A stretch of 64,000 bases of DNA, from positions 1 to 64,000 of the IMG/VR virus record IMGVR_UViG_3300014152_000001; one strand, 5' to 3'. The translations under genes were made by a program, and so were the position numbers. The notes beneath the pieces are model-generated. The model was given only the letters and a program-made list of their open reading frames with translations, had not been told where the DNA came from and did no database searches. This document shows, in pieces, positions 47,777 through 56,176 of this stretch; position 1 is the stretch's first letter, and each line of letters starts with the position of its first letter. Origin of the DNA: a virus.

Positions 47777-48244
47777 ATGTTCATGGCAGTAGGTTCCGCA
47801 TTCGGCACCACAGAAGCCCCAATGTTTTATCGCGTCTCAACAGACAAGAATCCGGCTCACAAGACCATCCAAATCCAGTCGGATACTGCTGTAGTCTATG
47901 TCTTCTCTACCCTAGAGGACGCACCGTTGGGCGCGGCATATACCCCAGACAACGTGTTCAGCCCTTTCATAGTAACGTGGGACTTCCCACAGTTGCCCTA
48001 TCCAGCCACCATAGAAGTGAACGTCCTAGACGCGGCCAGTCACCAGTCATTAGGAACGACCAACCTACAACTCTTTGGTCTAGATGTCTTCAAGATGAGA
48101 GTGACTTATTCGAGCAACAACCCTGCTTCACACGGTTACATTGACGCTATGATAAACGGGAACCGCCAAACCGTCTTCGGTCAGGACTATATACAACAGG
48201 ACTTCTACAATGACGACTGTTGGACAAGAGGAAGCGATGGGTAA
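47777..48244 (+). CDS. Hypothetical beta-rich protein
   Basis: tttatata promoter at ~47752. Confidence 0.55.
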   Translation: MFMAVGSAFGTTEAPMFYRVSTDKNPAHKTIQIQSDTAVVYVFSTLEDAPLGAAYTPDNVFSPFIVTWDFPQLPYPATIEVNVLDAASHQSLGTTNLQLFGLDVFKMRVTYSSNNPASHGYIDAMINGNRQTVFGQDYIQQDFYNDDCWTRGSDG

Positions 48245-48277
48245 AGGCTTATTAGTTACCACTTCCTATTATAGAGT

Positions 48278-48808
48278 ATGACAAAAGGACACGGATGGAA
48301 ATCAAAATATGAAAGAAACTGGTATGCTGAACATAGAGACGAGCAACTTTTGAAAATGAAAGCATGGCGAGAAGAAAATCCAGAGAAGATGAAAGTGGCT
48401 CATCAACGATGGAATGCTACTCATAAAGAACAGAACAAACAAACTCAAAAAGAGTATCGTCAAAAGAACAGAAGTCGTGTTCGCAAGTGGAAAGACGAAT
48501 GGTATCATAACAATCTAAATAAGGGAAGAGAGATGCACCGTAGATATTATTACAAGCGAAAGTATGGTATAACTCCTAATGATTATGAAAGAATGATACA
48601 AGAACGGGAAGGCAAATGCGACCTTTGTGGAAAGCCCATTGAAAGAACTAAATATCAGCCTTGTATAGACCATGACCACGAAACTGGAAAGATAAGGGGT
48701 CTTTTACATACTAATGAAAATAAGGCTCTTGGGTTGTTAGAAGACAACCCAGAACTATTAACTAAAGCATTAGACTACCTAAAGAGGACACGAGGCTCTG
48801 GTAATTAG
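48278..48808 (+). CDS. Endonuclease VII-family nuclease
   Basis: KYGIT..DY......G.C.LC......IDHDH.TGKIRGLL....N..LG...DN...L..A..YL. Confidence 0.88.
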   Translation: MTKGHGWKSKYERNWYAEHRDEQLLKMKAWREENPEKMKVAHQRWNATHKEQNKQTQKEYRQKNRSRVRKWKDEWYHNNLNKGREMHRRYYYKRKYGITPNDYERMIQEREGKCDLCGKPIERTKYQPCIDHDHETGKIRGLLHTNENKALGLLEDNPELLTKALDYLKRTRGSGN

Positions 48809-48827
48809 CATTATGTATAATTAGCAT

Positions 48828-48986
48828 TTAGTCTCGTCTGGCGTATGCACCACGACTCTTGTAGAAGCACTCCATAGAGCAGAATACCGTTTTCAACACT
48901 CCATTGTCGTTGTCAAGGAACTGGATGTATGTCTGCCCCACCTTCAAGTGTTTGGGGTCTACCTCATTTCCACAGGCGCACTTCAT
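48828..48986 (-). CDS. TRASH/FCS-type Zn-binding small protein
   Basis: MKCACG...FCSMECF (manual translation). Confidence 0.55.
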   Translation of the reverse strand: MKCACGNEVDPKHLKVGQTYIQFLDNDNGVLKTVFCSMECFYKSRGAYARRD

Positions 48987-48992
48987 AAGTGA

Positions 48993-49241
48993 CTACCCAA
49001 ACATACTGCTCATATCGTTTAAAGCCGCCTTTTCTTCCTTGGCAAACTGCTCGTTGAGTGTAGACTGGAAGAGGGTTCTCATCAAAAGAACCTTTGACGA
49101 TACCAACCAATGCTCCTTCTCTATTTGGTCGTAAAGTTCTATAACCTCTAGTGACCCCAAGTCTGGACGCAGGGTAGAGGCAAACTCCACAAGTTTCTTC
49201 TCCATCTCCTTATCCACTATTCCGTTGTATTTCGCTACCAT
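48993..49241 (-). CDS. Hypothetical protein
   Basis: cttaaatag promoter. Confidence 0.55.
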   Translation of the reverse strand: MVAKYNGIVDKEMEKKLVEFASTLRPDLGSLEVIELYDQIEKEHWLVSSKVLLMRTLFQSTLNEQFAKEEKAALNDMSSMFG

Positions 49242-49322
49242 ACACTATCCTATCTCTGAATGCTATTTAAGTATTTTTGTGGTGTAGAATCCTTAATAAC
49301 TCTGCAATACATAGCGAGCCCT

Positions 49323-49397
49323 ATGGCACGCCTCCCCTATATGCGAGCCGTCATCTCTTTGGGTTCTTCGGAAAAGAAGAACCTTAGAAAGGTCTGA
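49323..49397 (+). CDS. 24-aa micro-ORF, candidate MCP 194-208 mimic
   Basis: MARLPYMRAVISLGS vs LSRIPQFAALLFYGQ; gaatccttaataa promoter. Confidence 0.45.
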   Translation: MARLPYMRAVISLGSSEKKNLRKV

Positions 49398-49516
49398 AAT
49401 GGAAGAACAAATGTCAGCACTATGGCTCATTGGGGAATCATCCTTAATAGATGTATTTTGTGGGGCCGAGCCTTGGCTATAGAATCTTTATATAGGTTGC
49501 CGAGTATGGGGTTGGT

Positions 49517-49756
49517 ATGAGTTCAGTAACAATGCCGATAACAGCGCAGACGAGAGCCGAGTTCGAGACAAAGGTGAAGGACGCTCTCAAGAAGGACTAT
49601 CCCGCGGGTTCTGAGGTTAATGTGAACGAGTTCTCTATGAAGTATGGTGTGAGGACCGCTAACGTAAGGAAGATGGTAGATGCACTTGAGAAGGAAGGCT
49701 ATGTCCTGAAGGTGCCAGCAGTCGTGAAGATGCCAATACCAAGTGGTCAAAAATGA
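49517..49756 (+). CDS. Winged-helix DNA-binding protein
   Basis: VNEFS.KYGV....VRK.V..LEKEGYV. Confidence 0.75.
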   Translation: MSSVTMPITAQTRAEFETKVKDALKKDYPAGSEVNVNEFSMKYGVRTANVRKMVDALEKEGYVLKVPAVVKMPIPSGQK

Positions 49757-49853
49757 GTGAGAAACCATTAATCCTAGTCAAAGTAGAACGTCTTGATGGA
49801 AAACCAGTGAATAAGACACAATTCAAAAAGATTGTGAATGCGGTGAGACAAGC

Positions 49854-50219
49854 ATGAGCACAACAACTGATACTGTCTCTATAACAGGAGCAAATTTGCA
49901 ACCTACACCTGAGAAGGAACACTTTCCAGCCTTCGAGGACGCTGAAGGGAACATCCGAGTCATCGAGGGCAAGACTCTCAGTTGCAACAACGGATGGTGG
50001 AGCGCAGTCCTGCTTGTAGACACCTATGGCAAGATACAGGTCAAGTGGTATCTCTGGCAACAGAGAACCGATAAAACCACGGGAATTTCCACTTGGAAGC
50101 GTAAGCAGAGTTATACTATAAATCCTTTCAGTTGGCCAGACTCCAAGAAAGTAACGGATGAATATTTAGAGAAACGTAAGAGTGTCAAATCAACAACCGC
50201 AGGGTATGTAAGAAAATGA
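49854..50219 (+). CDS. Putative PC4/Whirly-like ssDNA-binding protein
   Basis: GWWSAVLL...YLWQ...WKRKQ.Y.I..W strand-helix pattern. Confidence 0.45.
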   Translation: MSTTTDTVSITGANLQPTPEKEHFPAFEDAEGNIRVIEGKTLSCNNGWWSAVLLVDTYGKIQVKWYLWQQRTDKTTGISTWKRKQSYTINPFSWPDSKKVTDEYLEKRKSVKSTTAGYVRK

Positions 50220-50449
50220 GCGACATAGATGAGAGAGTTAAGATAGCCTTTACAGGCACCATCAGAGCCAATGATTCTGCTCTATCTACAGACCAAATTC
50301 GGGCTATCGCAATCATTTGTCAAAACATCGACTTTGCAAGGGCTGTGGGCAGAGAAATATTTAGGTTGGGAATACTCAATCCTCCGAAGGAACCCACTTC
50401 TGTCGAAACTGAAAAAACCGAACCAAGTTCTTCCGGTAAAGATTCATAG
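50216..50449 (+). CDS. Hypothetical protein
   Basis: ATGA-coupled to the upstream gene. Confidence 0.5.
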   Translation: MSDIDERVKIAFTGTIRANDSALSTDQIRAIAIICQNIDFARAVGREIFRLGILNPPKEPTSVETEKTEPSSSGKDS

Positions 50450-50590
50450 CCTGATGTTTCGTGTAGCCATTGGCGACTAGAGTGGCTATAATATCGTCTC
50501 TCCTCTTAAGTTCCATGAGACAAGTGTAGATATATCGAGACACTGTAGGATAGCCCAAGAACGGCTTGGAACCTAGATGTTTGGTGGGCA

Positions 50591-50971
50591 TTATGGTATA
50601 GGGTGGCGAGGTATGATGTTAAAGGAGAACGTCTCGGTGTCTTCTAAGAAGGTTGTAACAGGTGGAAGGATGGGTGGAGGAACGGGAGTGACCAGAGTAA
50701 TCATCTCTAGTTCGGCATCGAAGGTTCCTATCTGAGATAGATTGGTGCTTACCACCGAATAGGTGCATATACCAGTGGTGGGGGTGATAGAGTTACATGG
50801 CCCTGAGAAGAGAAGAGTAGGGGTCTGCTCTTGAGTGTAGACATAGAGGGTTGTAGTGCCATTTGGAGCAAAGAAGTCGGTGAGGTCTCTTATCGTTCCA
50901 TCAGCATTCTGAATCGTGAATGTGAGGTCAAATCCGAAATTATTTACTTTAACAACGAGTCCTGCTGGCAT
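50591..50971 (-). CDS. BppU-like virion protein
   Basis: FTIQNADG...DLT, GICTY......L...GTF.AELE. Confidence 0.6.
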   Translation of the reverse strand: MPAGLVVKVNNFGFDLTFTIQNADGTIRDLTDFFAPNGTTTLYVYTQEQTPTLLFSGPCNSITPTTGICTYSVVSTNLSQIGTFDAELEMITLVTPVPPPILPPVTTFLEDTETFSFNIIPRHPIP

Positions 50972-50996
50972 AGGTTACATTGGGAGACGGGAGTAT

Positions 50997-51113
50997 TTAA
51001 GTCTGTTTGCTGGCCATCTCAAACTCGGCTTCCTTGTTCGCAATCTTAGCAGTGAACTTCTTATTTGTGACCTTAAGTGTTATCTCACGCACTTCATCAG
51101 GTGGAGTGACCAT
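50997..51113 (-). CDS. 38-aa mini-ORF between duplicated promoters
   Basis: MVTPPDEVREITLKVTNKKFTAKIANKEAEFEMASKQT. Confidence 0.5.
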   Translation of the reverse strand: MVTPPDEVREITLKVTNKKFTAKIANKEAEFEMASKQT

Positions 51114-51138
51114 AGGTTACATTGGGAGATGGAGGTAT

Positions 51139-52692
51139 TTAGGTATTTTCTTCTGGCTTTACCCTCAACTTCAGTGCTTTCTTAAAGGTCTTGACTATCA
51201 AGTCCTTAGATGAGAGTTCTCTCACCTTGATGGGTCTGAAGATGGGAAGTGTCCTTGTTCCAGATACTCTCACACCGATGGAACCCTTTACTGCTTGATG
51301 GAGTATCCGAGTAACACCAGAGAGATTCACACCTATCTCTCCTCGCACCACCTGACTAATCCTCACTACTCCTTGTAGTCTAGACCCTATCGTTCCTGTT
51401 GTTATCTGTCCTGTTCTGACCACACCATTCAATGCGCCACCTATACTACCACCTACCACCTGATGGAGTATCCTAGTGATACCAGTAAGATTGGCCCCTA
51501 TCTCACCCCGCACCACTTGGCTGATGACTTCCTTTTCTGTGACTCTGCTACCCACTTCACCCTTTACAACATCTTTAGTGACCACCTTTCCAGATGTCTT
51601 CTCACCGATTTTACCCTTTACAACATCGTGGGTTCTGGACTTCTTAGTCTCCTTGACTCCAATCTCTCCTTTGACCATATCACTGGTTATGACCTTTGCT
51701 CTGAAACTCACACCGATTGTGCCATACACATCCTCGCCCTCTCTCTTTACCTTCCCAGACTCTCCCGCACCTATCTCGCCTGATACCACATCGTTAGTGA
51801 TTACCACTCCACTTACAAGTGTTCCAATCTCACCTGAGACGACCTGATGGACTGCTACAACCCCATTTAGACTGTCTCCTATAGAACCAGCCACTACATC
51901 ACTGGTAATCGGCACACCAGACATAACGATACCAACTTCTCCTGTGACTTCTTGGTGGGTGATTTTCGTTACACCAGAGACTTGAGTTCCGATGCTTCCG
52001 GTTACCAAATCGTTAGTGATTGTTATTCCAGTTACATTGCCACCTACAACTCCATTCACCTTTTGGTTGACGACCTCTGCTCCTGAGAGTGTGGTCCCTA
52101 TGCTTCCGGCCACTGAGTCACTAACTACGACCTTTGCTGAAAGACTAACACCTATCACACCAGAAGCCTTTACTCCACCTGCATTTGCCTTTCCAGACTC
52201 TCCTGCACCTATTTCACCCGACACTACATCGTTGGTGATTACTACACCAGAGACGGCATCTCCTATAGTCCCGCTTACTGTTTGGTGAGGTATCTGAGTT
52301 GCACCAGACACCGAGACACCAATACTTCCAGACGCTACATCATTGGTGTTTGTCTTTTCAGACACACTGGTTCCAATCGAACCTGAAACTACCTCGTTAA
52401 CCACCACTTTTCCAGAGAGGTCTGCACCAGTGCCTATGTAGACATCAACGTGTTCACCAGTGGTGGCCACACCCTTCAGTGCGGCTCCAACCGAACCTGT
52501 TACCTTCTGGCTTATATTCACAGCACCAGACGCTCTCGCACCCACATAACCTTGAACCACTTGGCTAACCACAACCGTTGCCGAGAATCCGCTATGGACG
52601 GTCCCAGAGACAGAAATGGGCACGACTCCGCTATAAATCTCCTCTTCTTGAGGGAAGGGCGTAGTTAGGAAGTTAGCCTCTGGATATGACAT
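51139..52692 (-). CDS. Val/Gly/Ser repeat virion protein
   Basis: About 20 copies of a ~21-22-aa V.G.IG..VSG repeat. Confidence 0.7.
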   Translation of the reverse strand: MSYPEANFLTTPFPQEEEIYSGVVPISVSGTVHSGFSATVVVSQVVQGYVGARASGAVNISQKVTGSVGAALKGVATTGEHVDVYIGTGADLSGKVVVNEVVSGSIGTSVSEKTNTNDVASGSIGVSVSGATQIPHQTVSGTIGDAVSGVVITNDVVSGEIGAGESGKANAGGVKASGVIGVSLSAKVVVSDSVAGSIGTTLSGAEVVNQKVNGVVGGNVTGITITNDLVTGSIGTQVSGVTKITHQEVTGEVGIVMSGVPITSDVVAGSIGDSLNGVVAVHQVVSGEIGTLVSGVVITNDVVSGEIGAGESGKVKREGEDVYGTIGVSFRAKVITSDMVKGEIGVKETKKSRTHDVVKGKIGEKTSGKVVTKDVVKGEVGSRVTEKEVISQVVRGEIGANLTGITRILHQVVGGSIGGALNGVVRTGQITTGTIGSRLQGVVRISQVVRGEIGVNLSGVTRILHQAVKGSIGVRVSGTRTLPIFRPIKVRELSSKDLIVKTFKKALKLRVKPEENT

Positions 52693-52731
52693 CCTACAGT
52701 AGATAAAGCAGTAGACCTATTTAAAGTCATT

Positions 52732-53106
52732 TTAGGCGTTGAAAATCTGAATAATCGAAGCGAGAGGATAGACTCTGGCTGTGCCGCCTGTCTGTTTAAC
52801 CGTGACCTTGTAGAGCATACCCAACTCAAGCAACTTGCCGTGAAGCCTCAAAAGCGGCTCTGTCTGAACATCTTTGAAGGTCTTTTGAAAGTAGATTCTT
52901 TGGTTGATTCCATCTACTGAGATATACTCAGTGACAATCGTAGTGTCTCCGGCTTGCATATTCCCAAGGTCGAGATACAACTCTGGAACGTAGTCAGCGG
53001 CTTGGGCGGCTATATTCACTACATCGGTTTCCACATTAAGGCTAGGGGAGATACTAGACTGAGCATCGGTCTTAGTCGTAATGGCGTAATTGGTCATCCC
53101 TACCAC
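52732..53106 (-). CDS. Putative virion beta-sandwich protein
   Basis: LDL.NMQAGD, YKVT.KQT.GT.R.YP. Confidence 0.5.
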   Translation of the reverse strand: MVGMTNYAITTKTDAQSSISPSLNVETDVVNIAAQAADYVPELYLDLGNMQAGDTTIVTEYISVDGINQRIYFQKTFKDVQTEPLLRLHGKLLELGMLYKVTVKQTGGTARVYPLASIIQIFNA

Positions 53107-53134
53107 CTAAAGGAGTGTGCCCCTATTTGAGTCT

Positions 53135-53410
53135 TTATGGTTGCCGCCTTACAGTAGATTCTTTCGGCTTCTCGTTAACCTTCTCTTTGCCCTTGTTTTC
53201 CTCGTTAATCCGTTTTTGAACCTCTGCGGCTTTCTCTCTTGCATCCTTCTGTTCTTTCTGTAACTGATTCACAGCAATGTAGATGAGGCCAGTGATGTCG
53301 TCATCCAACTGTCTCACGGTCTGTCGTATCTGAGCGAACTTCGTCAGAACGTCATTTGTGTCGTGAACATCGAACTCCTTCTGCGGCTGTTGGTTTTGAT
53401 TCTGAGCCAT
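53135..53410 (-). CDS. Coiled-coil protein
   Basis: Heptad pattern; own promoter. Confidence 0.55.
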   Translation of the reverse strand: MAQNQNQQPQKEFDVHDTNDVLTKFAQIRQTVRQLDDDITGLIYIAVNQLQKEQKDAREKAAEVQKRINEENKGKEKVNEKPKESTVRRQP

Positions 53411-53469
53411 ACCAGATAGAGGGGAATCAATCTATATAAAGATTCTGATGGAATGCTTTAAATAAGACG

Positions 53470-54732
53470 TTGCTCCTCTGTATCATGAAGACAATGCCAG
53501 AACTCGTTCTTACAGCGGTAGTCAACCAACTTACCTCAACGGGTGGAACACTCACTCTCTCACCCACAACAGGGCTAGGAGTTGTAGATGTATCCATTGC
53601 TCTTGCCCATGCTAATACTTGGTCTGGGTCACAGACATTCTATAGTTCGGGCCTGCTTCTCAATAATCCTGCTAATACCTTTGCCTACACCTTTGTAGGG
53701 GCGGCTATTGCGGCAAGTCACAACATCACTCTTCCTCTCTTAACTGGAAGCGACACTATGGCTGTGCTAGGGTTTGCTCAAACTTGGACTGCGGCACAGA
53801 CCTTCTACAGTTCCGACTTCCTTATTAACAATCCTGCCAACACCTTTGCTTACACATTCGTAGGTGCGGCTATAGGCGCTTCACACGACATAACCCTACC
53901 ATTGCTTACTGGAAACGATACAATGGCCGTCTTAGGGTTTGCACAAACTTTCACTGCAACTCAGACCTTCCACGAGATAGACACTGCTACAGATGCTACC
54001 TATGCAATAGGAACGACAACCAATAGATGGACTTCAGTTCATGCTCAAAACTTCCAAGTAGAAGCCGCTTCAGGCGATGCCAACCCAACTGCCAAACTTA
54101 CTAATGGAGCACTCTACTTTGGTGCGGGTGGAGCAAGCGCATTGGACATTGAAATAAACCGCACAGGTTCGACAACCCTCACTATGACTGCTGGAACCTT
54201 TGCCTTTGGTAATACTGGTATCAGTATTGGTGGTGCGTCTTACGACATTACCAAAGTCACTGCATTAGCCACAGGAGACATTGTTTTCTATGACGGGACC
54301 AATTGGATTAACTTGGCGGTTGGAGTCAGCACCAGTTATGTGCTTGGAGTCAGTGCCGGAAAACCATCATGGGTAACTTTCTCAAGTCTTGGTGGTGTCT
54401 CTGCTCCTCAGAACATATACACTGAGTATGAACTTCCAGATGTGGCTTCACATAACATCGCCACCTACACGCCAAGTGCGGCAGGAAATCTTATGCTTAT
54501 GGTTTACTATAGAGTTACTGTGGGCGCAACTAATGTGACTCTTACTGCGACTTGGACAGACCAAGCAGGGGCGCAATCCTATTCATGGATGAGTGCCGTT
54601 TCAAACGCAACTGGTTCTTACTCAGTCCTGCCTTTGTTCATCAACAGTGCGGCTTCACAGCCAGTTACAATTGCGGCAACAGCCGGAACAGCAAACCAAG
54701 TCTACACAACTGCCTCAATAATGTTGATGTAA
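53470..54732 (+). CDS. Tail fibre protein A
   Basis: ANTW..QTF repeats, GDIVFYDGTNWINL; paralog of the next gene. Confidence 0.7.
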   Translation: MLLCIMKTMPELVLTAVVNQLTSTGGTLTLSPTTGLGVVDVSIALAHANTWSGSQTFYSSGLLLNNPANTFAYTFVGAAIAASHNITLPLLTGSDTMAVLGFAQTWTAAQTFYSSDFLINNPANTFAYTFVGAAIGASHDITLPLLTGNDTMAVLGFAQTFTATQTFHEIDTATDATYAIGTTTNRWTSVHAQNFQVEAASGDANPTAKLTNGALYFGAGGASALDIEINRTGSTTLTMTAGTFAFGNTGISIGGASYDITKVTALATGDIVFYDGTNWINLAVGVSTSYVLGVSAGKPSWVTFSSLGGVSAPQNIYTEYELPDVASHNIATYTPSAAGNLMLMVYYRVTVGATNVTLTATWTDQAGAQSYSWMSAVSNATGSYSVLPLFINSAASQPVTIAATAGTANQVYTTASIMLM

Positions 54733-54733
54733 A

Positions 54734-56176
54734 TTGGGTATTTTACATCGGAGGACCAAGAAGAAGGATGCTACGTTAGTGTTGCCCGTCCTTAAACATG
54801 AATATTACCCTACTGGTGGCCTCAGTGCTGAAGCCCTCTACGCAGTCACTCAACTTACTTCTACAGGTGGTTCTCTTACTCTCTCGCCTACAACCGGAAT
54901 AGGAGTAGTAGATGTTAGTCACAATCTCAGTCACGCCAACACTTGGATTGCTACCCAAGCCTTCGGGAATACCTACCTAAGTCTGGGTGGGGCCACATTC
55001 GATATAACCAAGAACACTGCGTTGGCTACAGGAGACATCATCATCTACGATGGAACCAACTGGATTAATCTGGCGGTGGGCACTGGAAGTCAAGTGCTTG
55101 GAGTAAGCGGTGGAATCCCAACATGGGAAGCCGTGCCAGCAACAGCAGGAGTCACATCATTGGGCGGTGTGACGGGGGCCATAACTCTGAGTTCTGGGCT
55201 TTCAATGGCGGCTTCTGTTCTAACAGTTACCTTCCCAACTGTTGTTACCTCTTTTGCGACAAAGACAGGAGCCATTACATTAGGTTCAGGACTCTCAATG
55301 TCCAGCAACGAATTAGACGTTACTTTTCCAACTGTAGTCACAAGTTTTGCTACTAAGACAGGAGCGATTACACTAGGCTCAGGTCTTTCAATGTCGAGCA
55401 ACGAATTAGATGTTACATTCCCAACTGTAGTGACCTCATTGGGCGCACAAACGGGAGCCATTACTCTAAGTTCGGGACTTTCAATGGTAGGGTCTGTTCT
55501 TACGGTGACATTTCCAACTGTTGTCACCTCAATAGATTCATTGACTGGAGCAGTGACTACATCAAGTCCAAACAGCACTCTATCTCTTAGCACGACATCT
55601 CAGAATAGGAACTTTGACATCAATCTTGGCAACGCCAACAGTTGGACTGGCGTTCAGTCTTTTGGTAATACCTACCTAAGTTTGGGCGGAAAAGCATTCG
55701 ACATCACTAAGAACACTGTGTTGGCTACAGGAGACATCATTTTCTATGATGGAACCAACTGGATTAACTTGGCGGTTGGGGCCAGTGCCAGTTATGTGCT
55801 TGGAGTCAGCGGTGGTCTACCAGCATGGGTTGTAGGTAGCAATCCTCTTGTAGCGAGTGCTAAAGAAACCAAGTTAACAACTACAGGTGCTACCAACGTA
55901 ATCAATTACACTACAGTCGCGGCTGGAAACTATGCCGTCAATGTATACTTCAGAGTCGTCACTGGGGCTACCGTAGTAACGCTTACTTACGTTTGGACAG
56001 ACGTTACCGGAGCGCAATCCTACACTTACCTCAGTGCCGTCTCAGAATCTACTGGCTCCTACACTATGCAACCACTCTTCTTCAATGCGACAAATAGCAG
56101 TGCCATCCAAGTCACTGCCACCGCTGGAACGGCCAACCAAGTGTATGTCTCAGCATCGGTGATATTAGAATCATGA
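54734..56176 (+). CDS. Tail fibre protein B
   Basis: VTS....TGAITL ~30-aa repeats; shares N- and C-terminal domains with fibre A. Confidence 0.7.
   Translation: MGILHRRTKKKDATLVLPVLKHEYYPTGGLSAEALYAVTQLTSTGGSLTLSPTTGIGVVDVSHNLSHANTWIATQAFGNTYLSLGGATFDITKNTALATGDIIIYDGTNWINLAVGTGSQVLGVSGGIPTWEAVPATAGVTSLGGVTGAITLSSGLSMAASVLTVTFPTVVTSFATKTGAITLGSGLSMSSNELDVTFPTVVTSFATKTGAITLGSGLSMSSNELDVTFPTVVTSLGAQTGAITLSSGLSMVGSVLTVTFPTVVTSIDSLTGAVTTSSPNSTLSLSTTSQNRNFDINLGNANSWTGVQSFGNTYLSLGGKAFDITKNTVLATGDIIFYDGTNWINLAVGASASYVLGVSGGLPAWVVGSNPLVASAKETKLTTTGATNVINYTTVAAGNYAVNVYFRVVTGATVVTLTYVWTDVTGAQSYTYLSAVSESTGSYTMQPLFFNATNSSAIQVTATAGTANQVYVSASVILES

Noticed and set aside
47443-48244. Scattered MCP-like tetrapeptides (KTxEG, PQLY, APLG, QLFGL) in two divergent ORFs
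   Set aside because: Short and only partly colinear; not supportable without a profile search.
50216-50449. IDERVKIAF and ICQNI resembling MCP 124-177; similar weak hits in ORFs 8691, 24630 and 42531
   Set aside because: Too few identities to separate from chance.
53135-53410. RQTVRQLDDDI resembling MCP RRVVMTIDQDV
   Set aside because: Generic amphipathic/coiled-coil similarity; it illustrates the chance-match risk.
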